Below are positions 1 through 12,399 of a stretch of DNA of 34,217 nucleotides, piece after piece; position 1 is the stretch's first letter; the number at the start of each line of letters is the position of its first letter. The position numbers were made by a program, and so were the translations under genes. The notes below the pieces were generated by a model. It saw only the letters and a list, made by a program, of their open reading frames with translations. It was not told the origin of the DNA and did not search any database. Source of the DNA: Octopus bimaculoides (Eukaryota); assembly GCF_001194135.2 (NCBI RefSeq), contig NC_068990.1, forward strand, positions 19,214,519 to 19,248,735. The letters run 5' to 3'.

Positions 1-39
<39 letters not shown>

Positions 40-949
40 TTACGCGTACACACACACACACAAACACACACGGACAAATGATAATATAGCGCCTTCACTG
101 GTGGTCTATTCGCCTGTTGCAATAAAGTGTTCTGTGCTTCATATATATTTGTAATGATATATACCAGTGATAATCACATTAACAGATCCCAACCTTATCT
201 AATATGTTCTCGAAGGCCAGGATGAATTGTATAAAGCGTAATGAAAAAAAAATAGTAGAATATACATTTATATAATTACAGATTACCGAATCTCATCTGA
301 TTTGAAAGTTACACTGGTATCTTTAAAAGACATGAGGCAGATAAATTCGTGCCTGGAGACAATGCTGCCAAAAGCATCGTTATAAATATCTACAATCGAA
401 AATCGATAAAAAGATAAAAAGTGTATGATCTTTCTAACCGTTCTGATGCTATTAGATTCAAGAATCATTTTAAAGAATCTCTCAGCTCGCATGGAAGAAG
501 ATCAAACTAAACGAATAGCCAAACATGTCAAAGAACAGATTATCAAATGGAATGGACATTGTAAATCCTTGGTTAATGATTAAAGACGTTTGGATGCCAT
601 ATTGAATCACATCCAAGACGAAGCCGTTTCAAACAATATGGTTTCAGACATATCATTAAAACAAAAGCTGATGAAAACATTGATAAAAGTCCAGCAGATG
701 TCATAAACTTTGTACGTATAAGGAAACTAAGATATCTATTAACTTTCAAGCGTGCATATGCATATTAAAGAATTGCATAATCTAGAATTTATATCATATA
801 TTATTTTATATTACACACCCAACGGGCATGTATGTGTAAAGACATATATCAGTAAAGTGTATATATATATATATATATATGCGTGTTTGTGTGTGTGTGA
901 TAGACGTATATATATTTAAATAAATAAATAAGATTAGTTCAACTACAGT

Positions 950-1004
950 TCTTCGAGCTGGCCCAGCATGGCTGCAGTCTAATTACTGAAAGAAGATAAA
1001 AGAT
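950..1004 (+). mobile_element. 3' tail fragment of CORE-type tRNA-derived SINE (family 1)
   Basis: CCCAGCATGGCTGCAGTCTAATTACTGAAAGAAGATAAAAGA matches the 3' end of the copy at 17318-18128 (CCCAGCATGGCCACAGTCAAATGACGGAAAGAAATAAAGG). Confidence 0.75.
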
Positions 1005-1005
1005 A

Positions 1006-1215
1006 ATCTTTTACATGTTCGGCCATTTGACTGCAGCCATGCTGGAGCACCGCCTTAAAGGACATTAGTGGGGGGAAAAAAGAAGTTATTCTGTGTAAGC
1101 CTCATCTTTATTTTATATGTGATTTTTGCGGAATCACTAATTTACATGGACGTAAACACATCAACATCGGTTGTCAAGCGATAGTGGGGGTGGACAATCA
1201 TAGACACAAAGACAC
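1006..1215 (-). mobile_element. 3' half of CORE-type SINE (family 1)
   Basis: GACTGCAGCCATGCTGGAGCACCGCC...GACGTAAACACATCAACATCGGTTGTCAAGCGATAGTGGGG is the reverse complement of 17930-18110. It runs into the (CA)n tract that is internal to this family. Confidence 0.85.
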
Positions 1216-1719
1216 GGACACACACATACACACACAGACACACACACACATACACACACATACACACACACACGCTCACACTCACACACACACACACACA
1301 TACACACAATTAATAGTTCAAAGAAAACCAAGAATACACATAGAATATTCAATATTTAATAATTGTACAATCATATTAAGTTGTTTTTGTCTACGTGACG
1401 TTTCAGCCACTTGTTTCTGTCCATCTTGAACTTTAAAGTACGTTATATGTCTCTACATAAAATTCTTTGTCTGTATGTTCCCTGTGGATTCTCAAACGAC
1501 CTGCCCAAACCAAATCAAATTTTACAAGGTAAAAAACAGACCCAAATCCTCAAATATCCCTTGTTCTTCATATTCATATGACTTCATAATTTTATGCTTT
1601 TTATGGAGTCACTTGAGTTACATGTCGTTGCATTTTTTTAGCAAGGCGAATTACTCATTAGGCGCTCCTTCATCTCTTCTGTAGTTATGATTATTCATGC
1701 TTATGTTGTGCTTACGCAG

Positions 1720-1767
1720 ATTTATGTGGTAGAGAAAACCATTAGTGATCGTCTCGTTTTACTTAAC
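1720..1767 (+). CDS. Candidate 48-nt internal exon (IYVVEKTISDRLVLLN), unassigned
   Basis: Acceptor ttatgttgtgcttacgcag|, donor AAC|gtgagt, only frame 0 is open. No homology recognised. Confidence 0.2.
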
Positions 1768-2429
1768 GTGAGTTCAAGATCTATCACTCCATTATCTAAT
1801 ATGAACGATTTTAAAATAGTAGACTGTAATTTGGCTTCGACATTTGGTTGCTCTTACTAACATTTTAATCATACGTATCGTAGTTTTATTCCTTAACTCA
1901 AGGAATCCATAATTAGCATTCATGATAGCCAAATGTAATATTTCAACTTCAACATCATATTTTCTATTTGCTTGGGAATTCATACACTTGAATAGCAGCA
2001 GCGATGTGTCGTACCGTATTTTTCTTATCAGCTGAAGCACAAATGAGTTCAATACATCCCCGTTGTAACCGTTGCATGGTTTATCAAGATCAGAGTATTA
2101 CATTAATAAATGTGTCTTCGCACGTTTTTGTAAGGCAGCATTATATATGAAGAGGGAGATTTTATTCTCGAAGAAATTTCCTTTTCGACTTCTTGTTGAA
2201 TATTTTATGATATGTCATTAAGTTCAAACAGCAATTTGTGAGAATTATTTTCGAGAGAGTAACGATTAACGGTCTAGTCATAGTGAAATATCTTTTACAA
2301 TTGTATAGCTTTGATGATAGCTACTAAAGCAATGAAATAACAGGAACCATAAAATGATAAAACGAACGACGTGGAAACGTATTGCTTCCGAATATTTCTA
2401 TACATTTGTGAATATTCCACATGAGCCTG

Positions 2430-2912
2430 TACATACATACATACATACATACATACTTACATACATGGACACACACACACAAACACACAGACACACACAT
2501 ATATTGATACATACATATATTTATTCATGTATAACTATATATATATATATATATATATNNNNNNNNNNNNNNNNNNNNNNNNNNNNNNNNNNNNNNNNNN
2601 NNNNNNNNNNNNNNNNNNNNNNNNNNNNNNNNNNNNNNNNNNNNNNNNNNNNNNNNNNNNNNNNNNNNNNNNNNNNNNNNNNNNNNNNNNNNNNNNNNNN
2701 NNNNNNNNNNNNNNNNNNNNNNNNNNNNNNNNNNNNNNNNNNNNNNNNNNNNNNNNNNNNNNNNNNNNNNNNNNNNNNNNNNNNNNNNNNNNNNNNNNNN
2801 NNNNNNNNNNNNNNNNNNNNNNNNNNNNNNNNNNNNNNNNNNNNNNNNNNNNNNNNNNNNNNNNNNNNNNNNNNNNNNNNNNNNNNNNNNNNNTATATAT
2901 ATATATATATAT
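2430..2912. repeat. Compound (ATAC)n/(CA)n/(TA)n microsatellite with gap 2559-2893
   Basis: Direct inspection. Confidence 0.95.
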
Positions 2913-3751
2913 GCATGAGTACTTGTGGCCATACATGTGCAAACGCTTTAAGCAGCTGAAACTACTTATGAGTAACTTGCAACGGTATCTACCTACATGT
3001 GTATATATAAGTTATTATTGCGTATTTGCATTTGCCTCCGCACAAACCTTCGCAAGTACAACATATAAAACACACATTTTACGGCTATAAACACACAGAC
3101 AGGCAGACAGACAGACAGACAAACAAACACAAACACACACACACACACATACACAGAGTTATATCAACAGATTATGACGTATTTGCTCAAGCAATTTGCT
3201 AATGAAACTCTCTTATCACGATTTCACAAATTTCTCTCTTTTACAGTGAGAACTGTGTAATTACTATCAAGGGAAATTACATTCTGTGTTAAGCATATTT
3301 GACATCAGAGCAAACAGCAGTATTATTACAAATCATTCATATACTATTGAATAATGGAGTTGAATATTGAATGTACTGTATTTGCAATTAAGATTAAGCA
3401 ACCAGGTACCACTTGTCATAACTACTACGGTCTCATCAACGAATATGTCAGGCTGAAAATGGTGTGTCGTTACAAGAGGCTTTACTAAAGTCAGGTGACA
3501 CTGTATAAATTATTATTGGTCGAGGTCATGGAATATGATGCCTAGCTCCAATGTACTGAATTGTAGTAATAGTTTCGAATCCGATTTGAATTCGTAAGAC
3601 CCTGGCATACTTCAAACATCAATTCATTATCCCTCCCAACATTTAGACTCAGTTATTTCGTGTCTCGTATGTATCATTTAACAATATGGTGTATTGTCAA
3701 AAGTAATATCTATAAAGATACGTATTTGGTTTAAAATGTACCAGGTATTTA

Positions 3752-4011
3752 GGTCCAGGCATGGCTCGGTGGTTAGGAAGGTTGATTTTCAACCACTTTT
3801 TCGTGTTTAATGCGCGCGCACGTCTCTGTTGCTTGTGTGTGTGTGTGATGTGCGTGTTTCCGTCTCTGTTACATAGTGGTTCGGCAAAAAAGAGCGATAG
3901 AATAACATGTAGACTTTAGAAGTGTAAATAATGGTGTCGAATTTTTCGACATAACGCGTCAAGCCGTTACGCCATTATGGCCGCAGCACATGAGTGAGAC
4001 AGGTAAACGAT
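3752..4011 (+). mobile_element. Degenerate, internally deleted family 1 SINE
   Basis: A-box-like TGGCTCGGTGG (3762-3772), internal TG repeat, then GTGGTTCGGCAAAAAAGAGCGATAGAATAA...ATGGCCGCAG matching the 3' half of 17318-18128. The CORE block is missing. Confidence 0.7.
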
Positions 4012-4464
4012 ACTATCAAAAGCAAATGTTCCAACAAGACTAATACCACCAGAGGTAAAAAAAAACTTAAAACATGAGAACGCTTTGTATCGTCTACTTC
4101 TGTATTCTCCCGAAAATGGACTGAAATGCTTCAATCACAGATCTGCCGCATTCGTTTAATTTTCAGTTACCCTCTGTCGTGTTCAAAATAGCTTGTAGAA
4201 GTGTTAATGAAAAGAAACCTCATAGCATATTAATCAAGACAATTTACCAGCTTGAAACTTAACCACAAGCTATTGCTTTTCGACGACTGATACAAACGGT
4301 TACTCCCTGTGTTTATTTTAGCCTCAACAGATTTCAAGACGAACATATAACGAACTCCAAATAAGGAGTTTACTAAAGGTGTTGACTCCCAGATTTAATA
4401 TACACTGCTTACTCGCAATCTCTTACTGCTCACAAATTTCCACTCATAAATTGTGTCTATTGAT

Positions 4465-4580
4465 ATGTATATGTGTGTGTGCATATATATTTATGTGTGT
4501 GTGTATGTGCGCGTGTGTCTGAGCGTATGGATGTGTAAAAATATAATAAGCATAGGCGCAAAGAAGCACAGGCATACACG

Positions 4581-4638
<58 letters not shown>

Positions 4639-4662
4639 CGTATGCACATAAGTTTGTGTGTG

Positions 4663-4695
<33 letters not shown>

Positions 4696-4705
4696 NNNNN
4701 NNNNN

Positions 4706-4735
<30 letters not shown>
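4465..4735. repeat. Compound TG/CA/TA microsatellite with gap 4696-4705
   Basis: Direct inspection. Confidence 0.95.
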
Positions 4736-4736
<1 letters not shown>

Positions 4737-5095
4737 ATATGAACATACTATCACCTGTGTAGTTGAAGCAATATTACTTAAGAATAAGCAAAAAAAAATA
4801 AACGAATAAAACCTTAAAAGATAATCATGACAATGTTCGTTTTCATTGTTCCCTAAAGTAATTAAAATATCTTTTGTAGTTAATCTAATACAGGCTAATA
4901 TTATTTACATACATCAATTATCTAATTACAGGCTGGAGAAATCTGATGACTCACATTATTTGTGAATTTACGTTTCTAATCTATGTAATTTACAGCTATG
5001 TACGTTACTTGAATTTCAAAATTATAACATTTGCGTTCCCAATAAATAAGGATGGCACCTCTGTATTTATCTTTTAATTTTTTTCTCGGTGATTG

Positions 5096-5290
5096 CTCTG
5101 CGGGCATTCTTTCGAGGTTTAGTCGAACAAATCGACCCCAGTATTTCGCTTTTCGCTTTTCGCTTTTCTTATGACTGGTACTTATTCTGTCAGTCTCCTT
5201 TGCCGAACTGTTAAGTTTCGGAGATTTAATCAAGCCAACACCAGTTGTCAAACGATGATGCAGGACAAGCACGAAGTCACAAACACGTGC
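5096..5290 (-). mobile_element. 3' half of family 1 SINE
   Basis: TTTAGTCGAACAAATCGACCCCAG...GTACTTATTCTGTCAGTCTCCTTTGCCGAAC...CCAGTTGTCAAACGATG. Contains three tandem TTCGCTT units. Confidence 0.85.
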
Positions 5291-5339
5291 ACTCCAATAC
5301 AGGGAAAGATAGCCAATGAATATACACAGATGAGAGGGC

Positions 5340-5356
5340 GTATATGTGTGTGTGTG

Positions 5357-5401
<45 letters not shown>

Positions 5402-5442
5402 ATATATATGTATGTATATATATATGTATGTATATATATATG

Positions 5443-5474
<32 letters not shown>

Positions 5475-5820
5475 NNNNNNNNNNNNNNNNNNNNNNNNNN
5501 NNNNNNNNNNNNNNNNNNNNNNNNNNNNNNNNNNNNNNNNNNNNNNNNNNNNNNNNNNNNNNNNNNNNNNNNNNNNNNNNNNNNNNNNNNNNNNNNNNNN
5601 NNNNNNNNNNNNNNNNNNNNNNNNNNNNNNNNNNNNNNNNNNNNNNNNNNNNNNNNNNNNNNNNNNNNNNNNNNNNNNNNNNNNNNNNNNNNNNNNNNNN
5701 NNNNNNNNNNNNNNNNNNNNNNNNNNNNNNNNNNNNNNNNNNNNNNNNNNNNNNNNNNNNNNNNNNNNNNNNNNNNNNNNNNNNNNNNNNNNNNNNNNNN
5801 NATATGTGTGTGTGTGTGGA

Positions 5821-5888
<68 letters not shown>

Positions 5889-5912
5889 TATATATATATA
5901 TATATATATATC
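5340..5912. repeat. Compound TA/TATG/CA microsatellite with gap 5475-5800
   Basis: Direct inspection. Confidence 0.95.
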
Positions 5913-6551
5913 ATTATAAATAAATATTGATTGATGTTTATATTGATAAATAGTTTTACCGATAAAGGTTTTTTTCATACTGAACTACTTGGCAGAATTG
6001 TTAATTATTAATTCTATTATTAATTGACGATTCTCTGCCCTTATTCTTGTATATATATATATATATATATATAAACTCAAATACATGTATATTAAATTTG
6101 ATGTTTGAAAATTATCTCTGGCGCTATATGATGTCTCACTAATATTCAATGGCAATTAAGACCAGACATCAGTCAGAAAGGGATATAATCTCCAAATTTG
6201 AGAATTATTCCATGTTTGTATGCCATTAAGAAAAAGTAAAGCATATTGCCTCGGTATGATAGGAAAGTTGTGGATGTATGTCTACCTCAGTAGGCGTTAC
6301 CAGCACGATATGTGTCAAAGTTTATCTTCAGTAGTCAAGGGGCTTAGATTAAAACATTTATAGCTTTATATCAGTTTTAAAATGTACTATATTTTTTAAC
6401 ACATTGAACATTCTGAACTGCAGCATTATAATGAATCTAGAACTTGGAATAACTATATTCATTTTACACACAATGGTGTAGTACGGCGGATACATTTTCC
6501 GATTTTCGTTTCTGATTATGTATTTTCATTGAGATTGACGCAAATTTTCAG

Positions 6552-6568
6552 GCTAAGACGAAACATCA
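6552..6568 (+). CDS. Candidate 17-nt microexon, unassigned
   Basis: caaattttcag|GCTAAGACGAAACATCA|gtgagt, with a T-rich upstream tract. Confidence 0.15.
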
Positions 6569-8589
6569 GTGAGTATTTGAACTGCGATGACCAGTCTCAA
6601 TGCCAGTTGGCTGACGCCCAACTAGAGTACACTATGTATACTAGTAATAGGAAAGATACTGCAATTTGATTCAATTTTACTATTAATCTATGAGTTGAAT
6701 CCTGTATTTTTATGTATCGTGTATGCTTAAAGATGGAAGCCTGATACAGATTTACCGTATGATGACAAGCAGTTATTTCAAGGTTCAGAAAACATCTATG
6801 AACCTAACGCAATTATCATAGTCACTTATTGAATGCAGCAGTCTGGCTCATTGATTCTCTCACCATTCACTTGGCTACATATCACAGCGATTATCAAGTG
6901 ATACTCATGCACCATTAGGCCAACACGTTGGACAAACCTATCCGTACGTATTTGTACATTTATAACTACTTCTATCCATTCATCTCTCTCTCCCTCTCTC
7001 TCTTTATATATATATATATATATATNNNNNNNNNNNNNNNNNNNNNNNNNNNNNNNNNNNNNNNNNNNNNNNNNNNNNNNNNNNNNNNNNNNNNNNNNNN
7101 NNNNNNNNNNNNNNNNNNNNNNNNNNNNNNNNNNNNNNNNNNNNNNNNNNNNNNNNNNNNNNNNNNNNNNNNNNNNNNNNNNNNNNNNNNNNNNNNNNNN
7201 NNNNNNNNNNNNNNNNNNNNNNNNNNNNNNNNNNNNNNNNNNNNNNNNNNNNNNNNNNNNNNNNNNNNNNNNNNNNNNNNNNNNNNNNNNNNNNNNNNNN
7301 NNNNNNNNNNNNNNNNNNNNNNNNNNNNNNNNNNNNNNNNNNNNNNNNNNNNNNNNNNNNNNNNNNNNNNNNNNNNNNNNNNNNNNNNNNNNNNNNNNNN
7401 NNNNNNNNNNNNNNNNNNNNNNNNNNNNNNNNNNNNNNNNNNNNNNNNNNNNNNNNNNNNNNNNNNNNNNNNNNNNNNNNNNNNNNNNNNNNNNNNNNNN
7501 NNNNNNNNNNNNNNNNNNNNNNNNNNNNNNNNNNNNNNNNNNNNNNNNNNNNNNNNNNNNNNNNNNNNNNNNNNNNNNNNNNNNNNNNNNNNNNNNNNNN
7601 NNNNNNNNNNNNNNNNNNNNNNNNNNNNNNNNNNNNNNNNNNNNNNNNNNNNNNNNNNNNNNNNNNNNNNNNNNNNNNNNNNNNNNNNNNNNNNNNNNNN
7701 NNNNNNNNNNNNNNNNNNNNNNNNNNNNNNNNNNNNTATATATATACACACATATTTACATGCATACGTATGTACAGGTCCTACAAGAGCAGTTACCAAA
7801 GTTCACAAGTATATACGATGTCAATTGTAATGTTTATATTAGAAATATTAATATTTTTTGATTAACGTAAAGTTTTTCCCTTATTCCTATGATCAACGGC
7901 ATTTCTGTCTTGATCGTCCGGTCCTTTTCTTCGACATCACCTTCTCCTATCTTCATAAATCCTATCTCCATTAGTTTCCTCGTAGTTTTTCTCTCAATTC
8001 TCTATCGAATAGCAACATTTCATATATCTCGTGGGTTCCTCGAACACAGGGNNNNNNNNNNNNNNNNNNNNNNNNNNNNNNGGGGGGGGGGGGGTACAGC
8101 TAGCAGGGTAACTAATCTGAAAGGAATATACGATTTGTAAAGATCCGTCACGTGCATCATATCACATCACACAATCCTTAATGTTTCTTGTTTGCTGAAT
8201 TCCCTGACCAAAATGTCCTTTATGAGCTGTAATCACCGATTTTCCTCCTTGAAAAAAAAAAAAAAAAAAAACTCTGTAAGCCTTCACCTTCCCTGCCTGC
8301 CTTTTATTCAATTCCACACTAGAATTCTTTGAGAAGGGAATTCCCAAAACATCGTAGCCCACCCACCCTAGTAGGTTCTTAATTCCAACTACACACGCGT
8401 GTAGTGTGCATATACCTGCAGCTGCCTGAAGCAGTTCTTCCACTTTCCCACACCTGTCCCCCATCCCGCGTATATATTCTCTCAACACGTAATGTATACT
8501 ATGATACTATGAACAACGAAGCGAATCTAGGCTTTTAGGCTCTTCACATACATATGAAGGTGTCATGTATATCTTTGCGTGGGCATGTG

Positions 8590-8653
8590 TATGTGTATAA
8601 ATATATATGTGTTTGTGTGTGTGTGTGTGTGTGTTTATGTGTGTGTGTGTGTA

Positions 8654-8745
<92 letters not shown>

Positions 8746-8795
8746 NNNNNNNNNNNNNNNNNNNNNNNNNNNNNNNNNNNNNNNNNNNNNNNNNN

Positions 8796-8840
<45 letters not shown>
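8590..8840. repeat. Compound TG/TA microsatellite with gap 8746-8795
   Basis: Direct inspection. Confidence 0.95.
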
Positions 8841-8843
<3 letters not shown>

Positions 8844-8844
8844 A

Positions 8845-9016
8845 TGGTCGGAAGCCCAACCTCCCAATTTCTTTTACAGGGCTTAGAAAATCTGAACGAC
8901 CCCTGTATTATTAAGTTCGTGGATCCGAGAGGGGAAGAAGTTGAGTAAAATCATAATCAAGTGATCCACCTGTATTTTCTTTTACTCAAGGCCAGGGATT
9001 TTTCAGCACCTTCTCA
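8845..9016 (+). mobile_element. Mariner (Tc1/mariner) 3' remnant: transposase C-terminus plus 3' TIR
   Basis: Translates SQFLLQGLENLNDPCIIKFVDPRGEEVE* (stop at 8946-8948), resembling the Himar1-type C-terminus (YYQNGIKKLEGRYNRCIALEGNYVE*). Ends in TIR AAGGCCAGGGATTTTTCAGCACCTTCTCA. Homologous to the reverse complement of 19091-19260. Confidence 0.85.
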
Positions 9017-9764
9017 TGTCTGTCTGTCTGTCTGTCTGCCTGCATGCCTGCCTGTCTGTCTGTCTGTCCGTGTCTCTATACATAGACACATATTTCTATA
9101 TACATATACATGTATGTATGTAGATCATTTATGTACACAATTAAAAGCGACACGTTTTTCTATGAACTATTTGTACCAATTTCAGTTTACAATAAATTGA
9201 TTAACCAAATCTTAAGCATTTTTGGCAAAAACGATACGCAATCGAATCGAAACTAGAACTATGGTTGAAATATGTACGTCTTAAAACGACACCAGCAACA
9301 CCTTGCATTATGTTCACATCCCTAAATTTGTCTCACGTTAGATATTTGTATGAAAGCAGAGACATTGCGTACATAACCATGCCTGTTCTACCTTGGGAGC
9401 AGCGCCAAATAAATTATGCTAAATTTGTTCAGGATTAAGTTACCATTATATTCAACATCTTTAGCCTCTTATTTTTATTTGTAGTATCAATTACAAACTA
9501 CTTCAAAGTTCTCTCCCTTGCACTTGTCAGCCTGTCAGTACTTCCAGTGAAAATGTGTAATTTAGCGCAGAGGCATGTTAGAAGTGAACAGCATATCGCT
9601 CTGGTGAATTATTTGCTGTCTTATTCTTCCTATATTTTCTTGTTAAGAGAAAGGTTTCATCTTGAATTATTCTCTCTTAATCTTGCGATAAGCTCTATTA
9701 AATTCCCTTCGTCTTATATAGCTTTGTTTTTGCGATTAATTTCAGGCTTTGATAAATATTTATA

Positions 9765-9774
9765 TATGTGTGCT

Positions 9775-9806
<32 letters not shown>

Positions 9807-10098
9807 CGTGAATACAGACAGACACATACACCCACACGTACACACTCACATGCTCGTGTGTGTGTGTGTATATATATACACACACGCACATTTATATGCG
9901 TACATATAAATATTTATATTATTGATTTTTATAGTGTATACGTGTTTACATACACACATACATACAGACATGCATACATGCATACGCACATACATACATA
10001 CATACACACATACATACACACACACACACATGCATACATACGTATATATATATACATGTATGACTTATACACATACGTGTATACACTTCAACACACAC

Positions 10099-10134
<36 letters not shown>

Positions 10135-10563
10135 CATATTTGTCCTCTTATTTTCCTGGCAATGTTTGAGAACATATTTGTTTATGAATCTATTATTCAT
10201 TTTGTCAAATTGAACTGCCAGCTAATTCTAGTAAAGTAAACGTAGGTGATTGAAGCGATCACGATTTCCAAATGGTTCATAAATAATCGATTTTTGCGGA
10301 TCAAAAACGATATTTGAACGCTAGACTTTGAACCCAGCGGGGATTTTCAATATATTCCCAGTTATAAAACTATCCATGCGATGTTTTACTGTCTAAGCGC
10401 CTCGCCGCAAAATTTACGCACGTAGAGTTTCATCGATGCCCATTTATTGTGTCATTGCTCTCATTGATACGAAGTCGGTTATTTGGAAATTAGTATAATG
10501 GTGGTAATTATTTACTGGAGGCACAAACTGCAGGACCAAACTATAGACAGAACAATACATACA

Positions 10564-10596
<33 letters not shown>

Positions 10597-10643
10597 GTAA
10601 ATATATGTATGTGTTTGTTTATATATATATATATATATACACG

Positions 10644-10679
<36 letters not shown>

Positions 10680-11200
10680 TACATTTATATATATGATTGT
10701 ATGATGGTATATGCATATGTATATATATTTTTATATATAATTATATATTTTATATAAATATAAACATACATTTACACATATATATTTATATGCATACGTG
10801 TGTGTATATATATAGATAGATAAATATATATATACATGCATTTACATATATGTATCTATATACATATATATATATATCTATATATATATATATATATNNN
10901 NNNNNNNNNNNNNNNNNNNNNNNNNNNNNNNNNNNNNNNNNNNNNNNNNNNNNNNNNNNNNNNNNNNNNNNNNNNNNNNNNNNNNNNNNNNNNNNNNNNN
11001 NNNNNNNNNNNNNNNNNNNNNNNNNNNNNNNNNNNNNNNNNNNNNNNNNNNNNNNNNNNNNNNNNNNNNNNNNNNNNNNNNNNNNNNNNNNNNNNNNNNN
11101 NNNNNNNNNNNNNNNNNNNNNNNNNNNNNNNNNNNNNNNATACATATCTACAGACACACATATATATACATATATACACACACACACACACATACAGATA
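9765..11200. repeat. Cluster of TA/CA/ATAC microsatellites (9765-10135 and 10555-11200, gap 10898-11139)
   Basis: Direct inspection. The intervening 10135-10555 is unique sequence. Confidence 0.9.
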
Positions 11201-11234
11201 TAATACATATACATGTGTTTGTTTCGTATATATT

Positions 11235-11446
11235 CTTTTCTACTCCAGGCTTAAAGCCCAGAATTTTTGAGGTGAGGGGGCCAATCGATTAGATCGATTC
11301 CAGTATGCATGTGGTGTTTAGTCTATCGATCCCGAAAGGATGTATGGCAATGTCCTACCTCGGTGGAATTTGAACTCAGAACGTAAAGACAGACGAAATA
11401 CTGCGAAGCATTTCGTCCGGTGTGATAACGTTTCTGCCAGCTTACC
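11235..11446 (-). mobile_element. tRNA-derived SINE family 2 (Meta/MESC-like core), monomer with tail B
   Basis: Reverse complement aligns with the head at 25576-25700 (GCTGGCAGAAACGTTA...GTTCTGAGTTCAAATTCCACCGAGG) and with the tail at 25900-25970. Confidence 0.85.
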
Positions 11447-12214
11447 CTATTGCTCTCTTTCATTTGATAGCAATGTTTGAAGCACCTTCGCTAGCATTCA
11501 AGAAAATTTAAGTACACGTAATGCATATTTGCGTTGCTCACGTGTATTATACAAATTTTGACAATAACTTTTAAAATTACACTGTAATTTGTTGTATATG
11601 ATCAATATCCATAGGTTTTATATATCTGCGTGTGTTTGTGTGTGTGTGCGACATGACATGAGTATTTTTACTTAATATTATATTTTGTATTTATTTACTA
11701 GTCTTCCTTCGGGTTACAGCCGTTTCGGAGCATTCTAGTGATCTCACGATCTACCTGATTTGTACGCTTTTATGTACATACATACATACATACATGCATA
11801 CATACATACATACATACATACATGCATACATACATACATACATACATACATACATACATACAATTCAATAGTATATTACGTGGTATGTATATTATTTCAG
11901 AATGTAAAATGGTTTATTATACGTTGGCATTATCATTGGAAGATGAAAGCTGCGAAACAGCCGTATTCCTAAAGATGACAAGTGATTAAATAAAAATGTA
12001 TTCACCTCGCATTCCGCTCGACATTTTATGGTTATATACTTCTCATGAAATTATTTCAACAAGCGGAGTCCCTAGATTTTTCAGCTTCATACAACTTTGC
12101 ATTACATCCTCCGCATTGGGTTACGACATGGCCTGCCAGACAGGTCCTCAAGTAGAGCTTTCCGTGATAGCCACATGATTCTATGAATCCATATATTACA
12201 CTACAAATACATAC

Positions 12215-12282
<68 letters not shown>

Positions 12283-12309
12283 GGATGTGTATACAAATAT
12301 ATTTTTTGC

Positions 12310-12352
12310 TTGCTTCAGTAATTTTCACTGCAGCCTTGCTGGAGCATAGCCT
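12310..12352 (-). mobile_element. Short 3' tail fragment of family 1 SINE
   Basis: TGCTTCAGTAATTTTCACTGCAGCCTTGCTGGAGCATAGCC resembles 1015-1055. Confidence 0.55.
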
Positions 12353-12363
12353 ATAATAAAATT

Positions 12364-12399
12364 CTTTTACGTTTCGAGCCTACGCTCTTCGAAAGAAAG
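12364..12399 (-). ncRNA. Degenerate minimal (type I) hammerhead ribozyme relic, Penelope-like element type
   Basis: Minus strand reads CTTT-CTTTCGA-A-GAGC-GTAG-GCTC-GAA-ACGT-A-AAAG. Stem I CTTT/AAAG, stem II GAGC/GCTC, palindromic ACGT stem III, GUA triplet. The core differs from CUGANGA at G5 and A6. Confidence 0.55.

Noticed and set aside
1397-1430. Minus-strand ...TGAAACGTC hammerhead-like motif (similar partial motifs near 4943, 27488 and 33515)
   Set aside because: The core and stems I/II cannot be put in register.
3231-3494. Very strong acceptor (tttctctcttttacag|, 3246) with a donor near 3494
   Set aside because: All three frames stop within 15 codons. It could be a UTR or non-coding exon, but the sequence alone does not support it.
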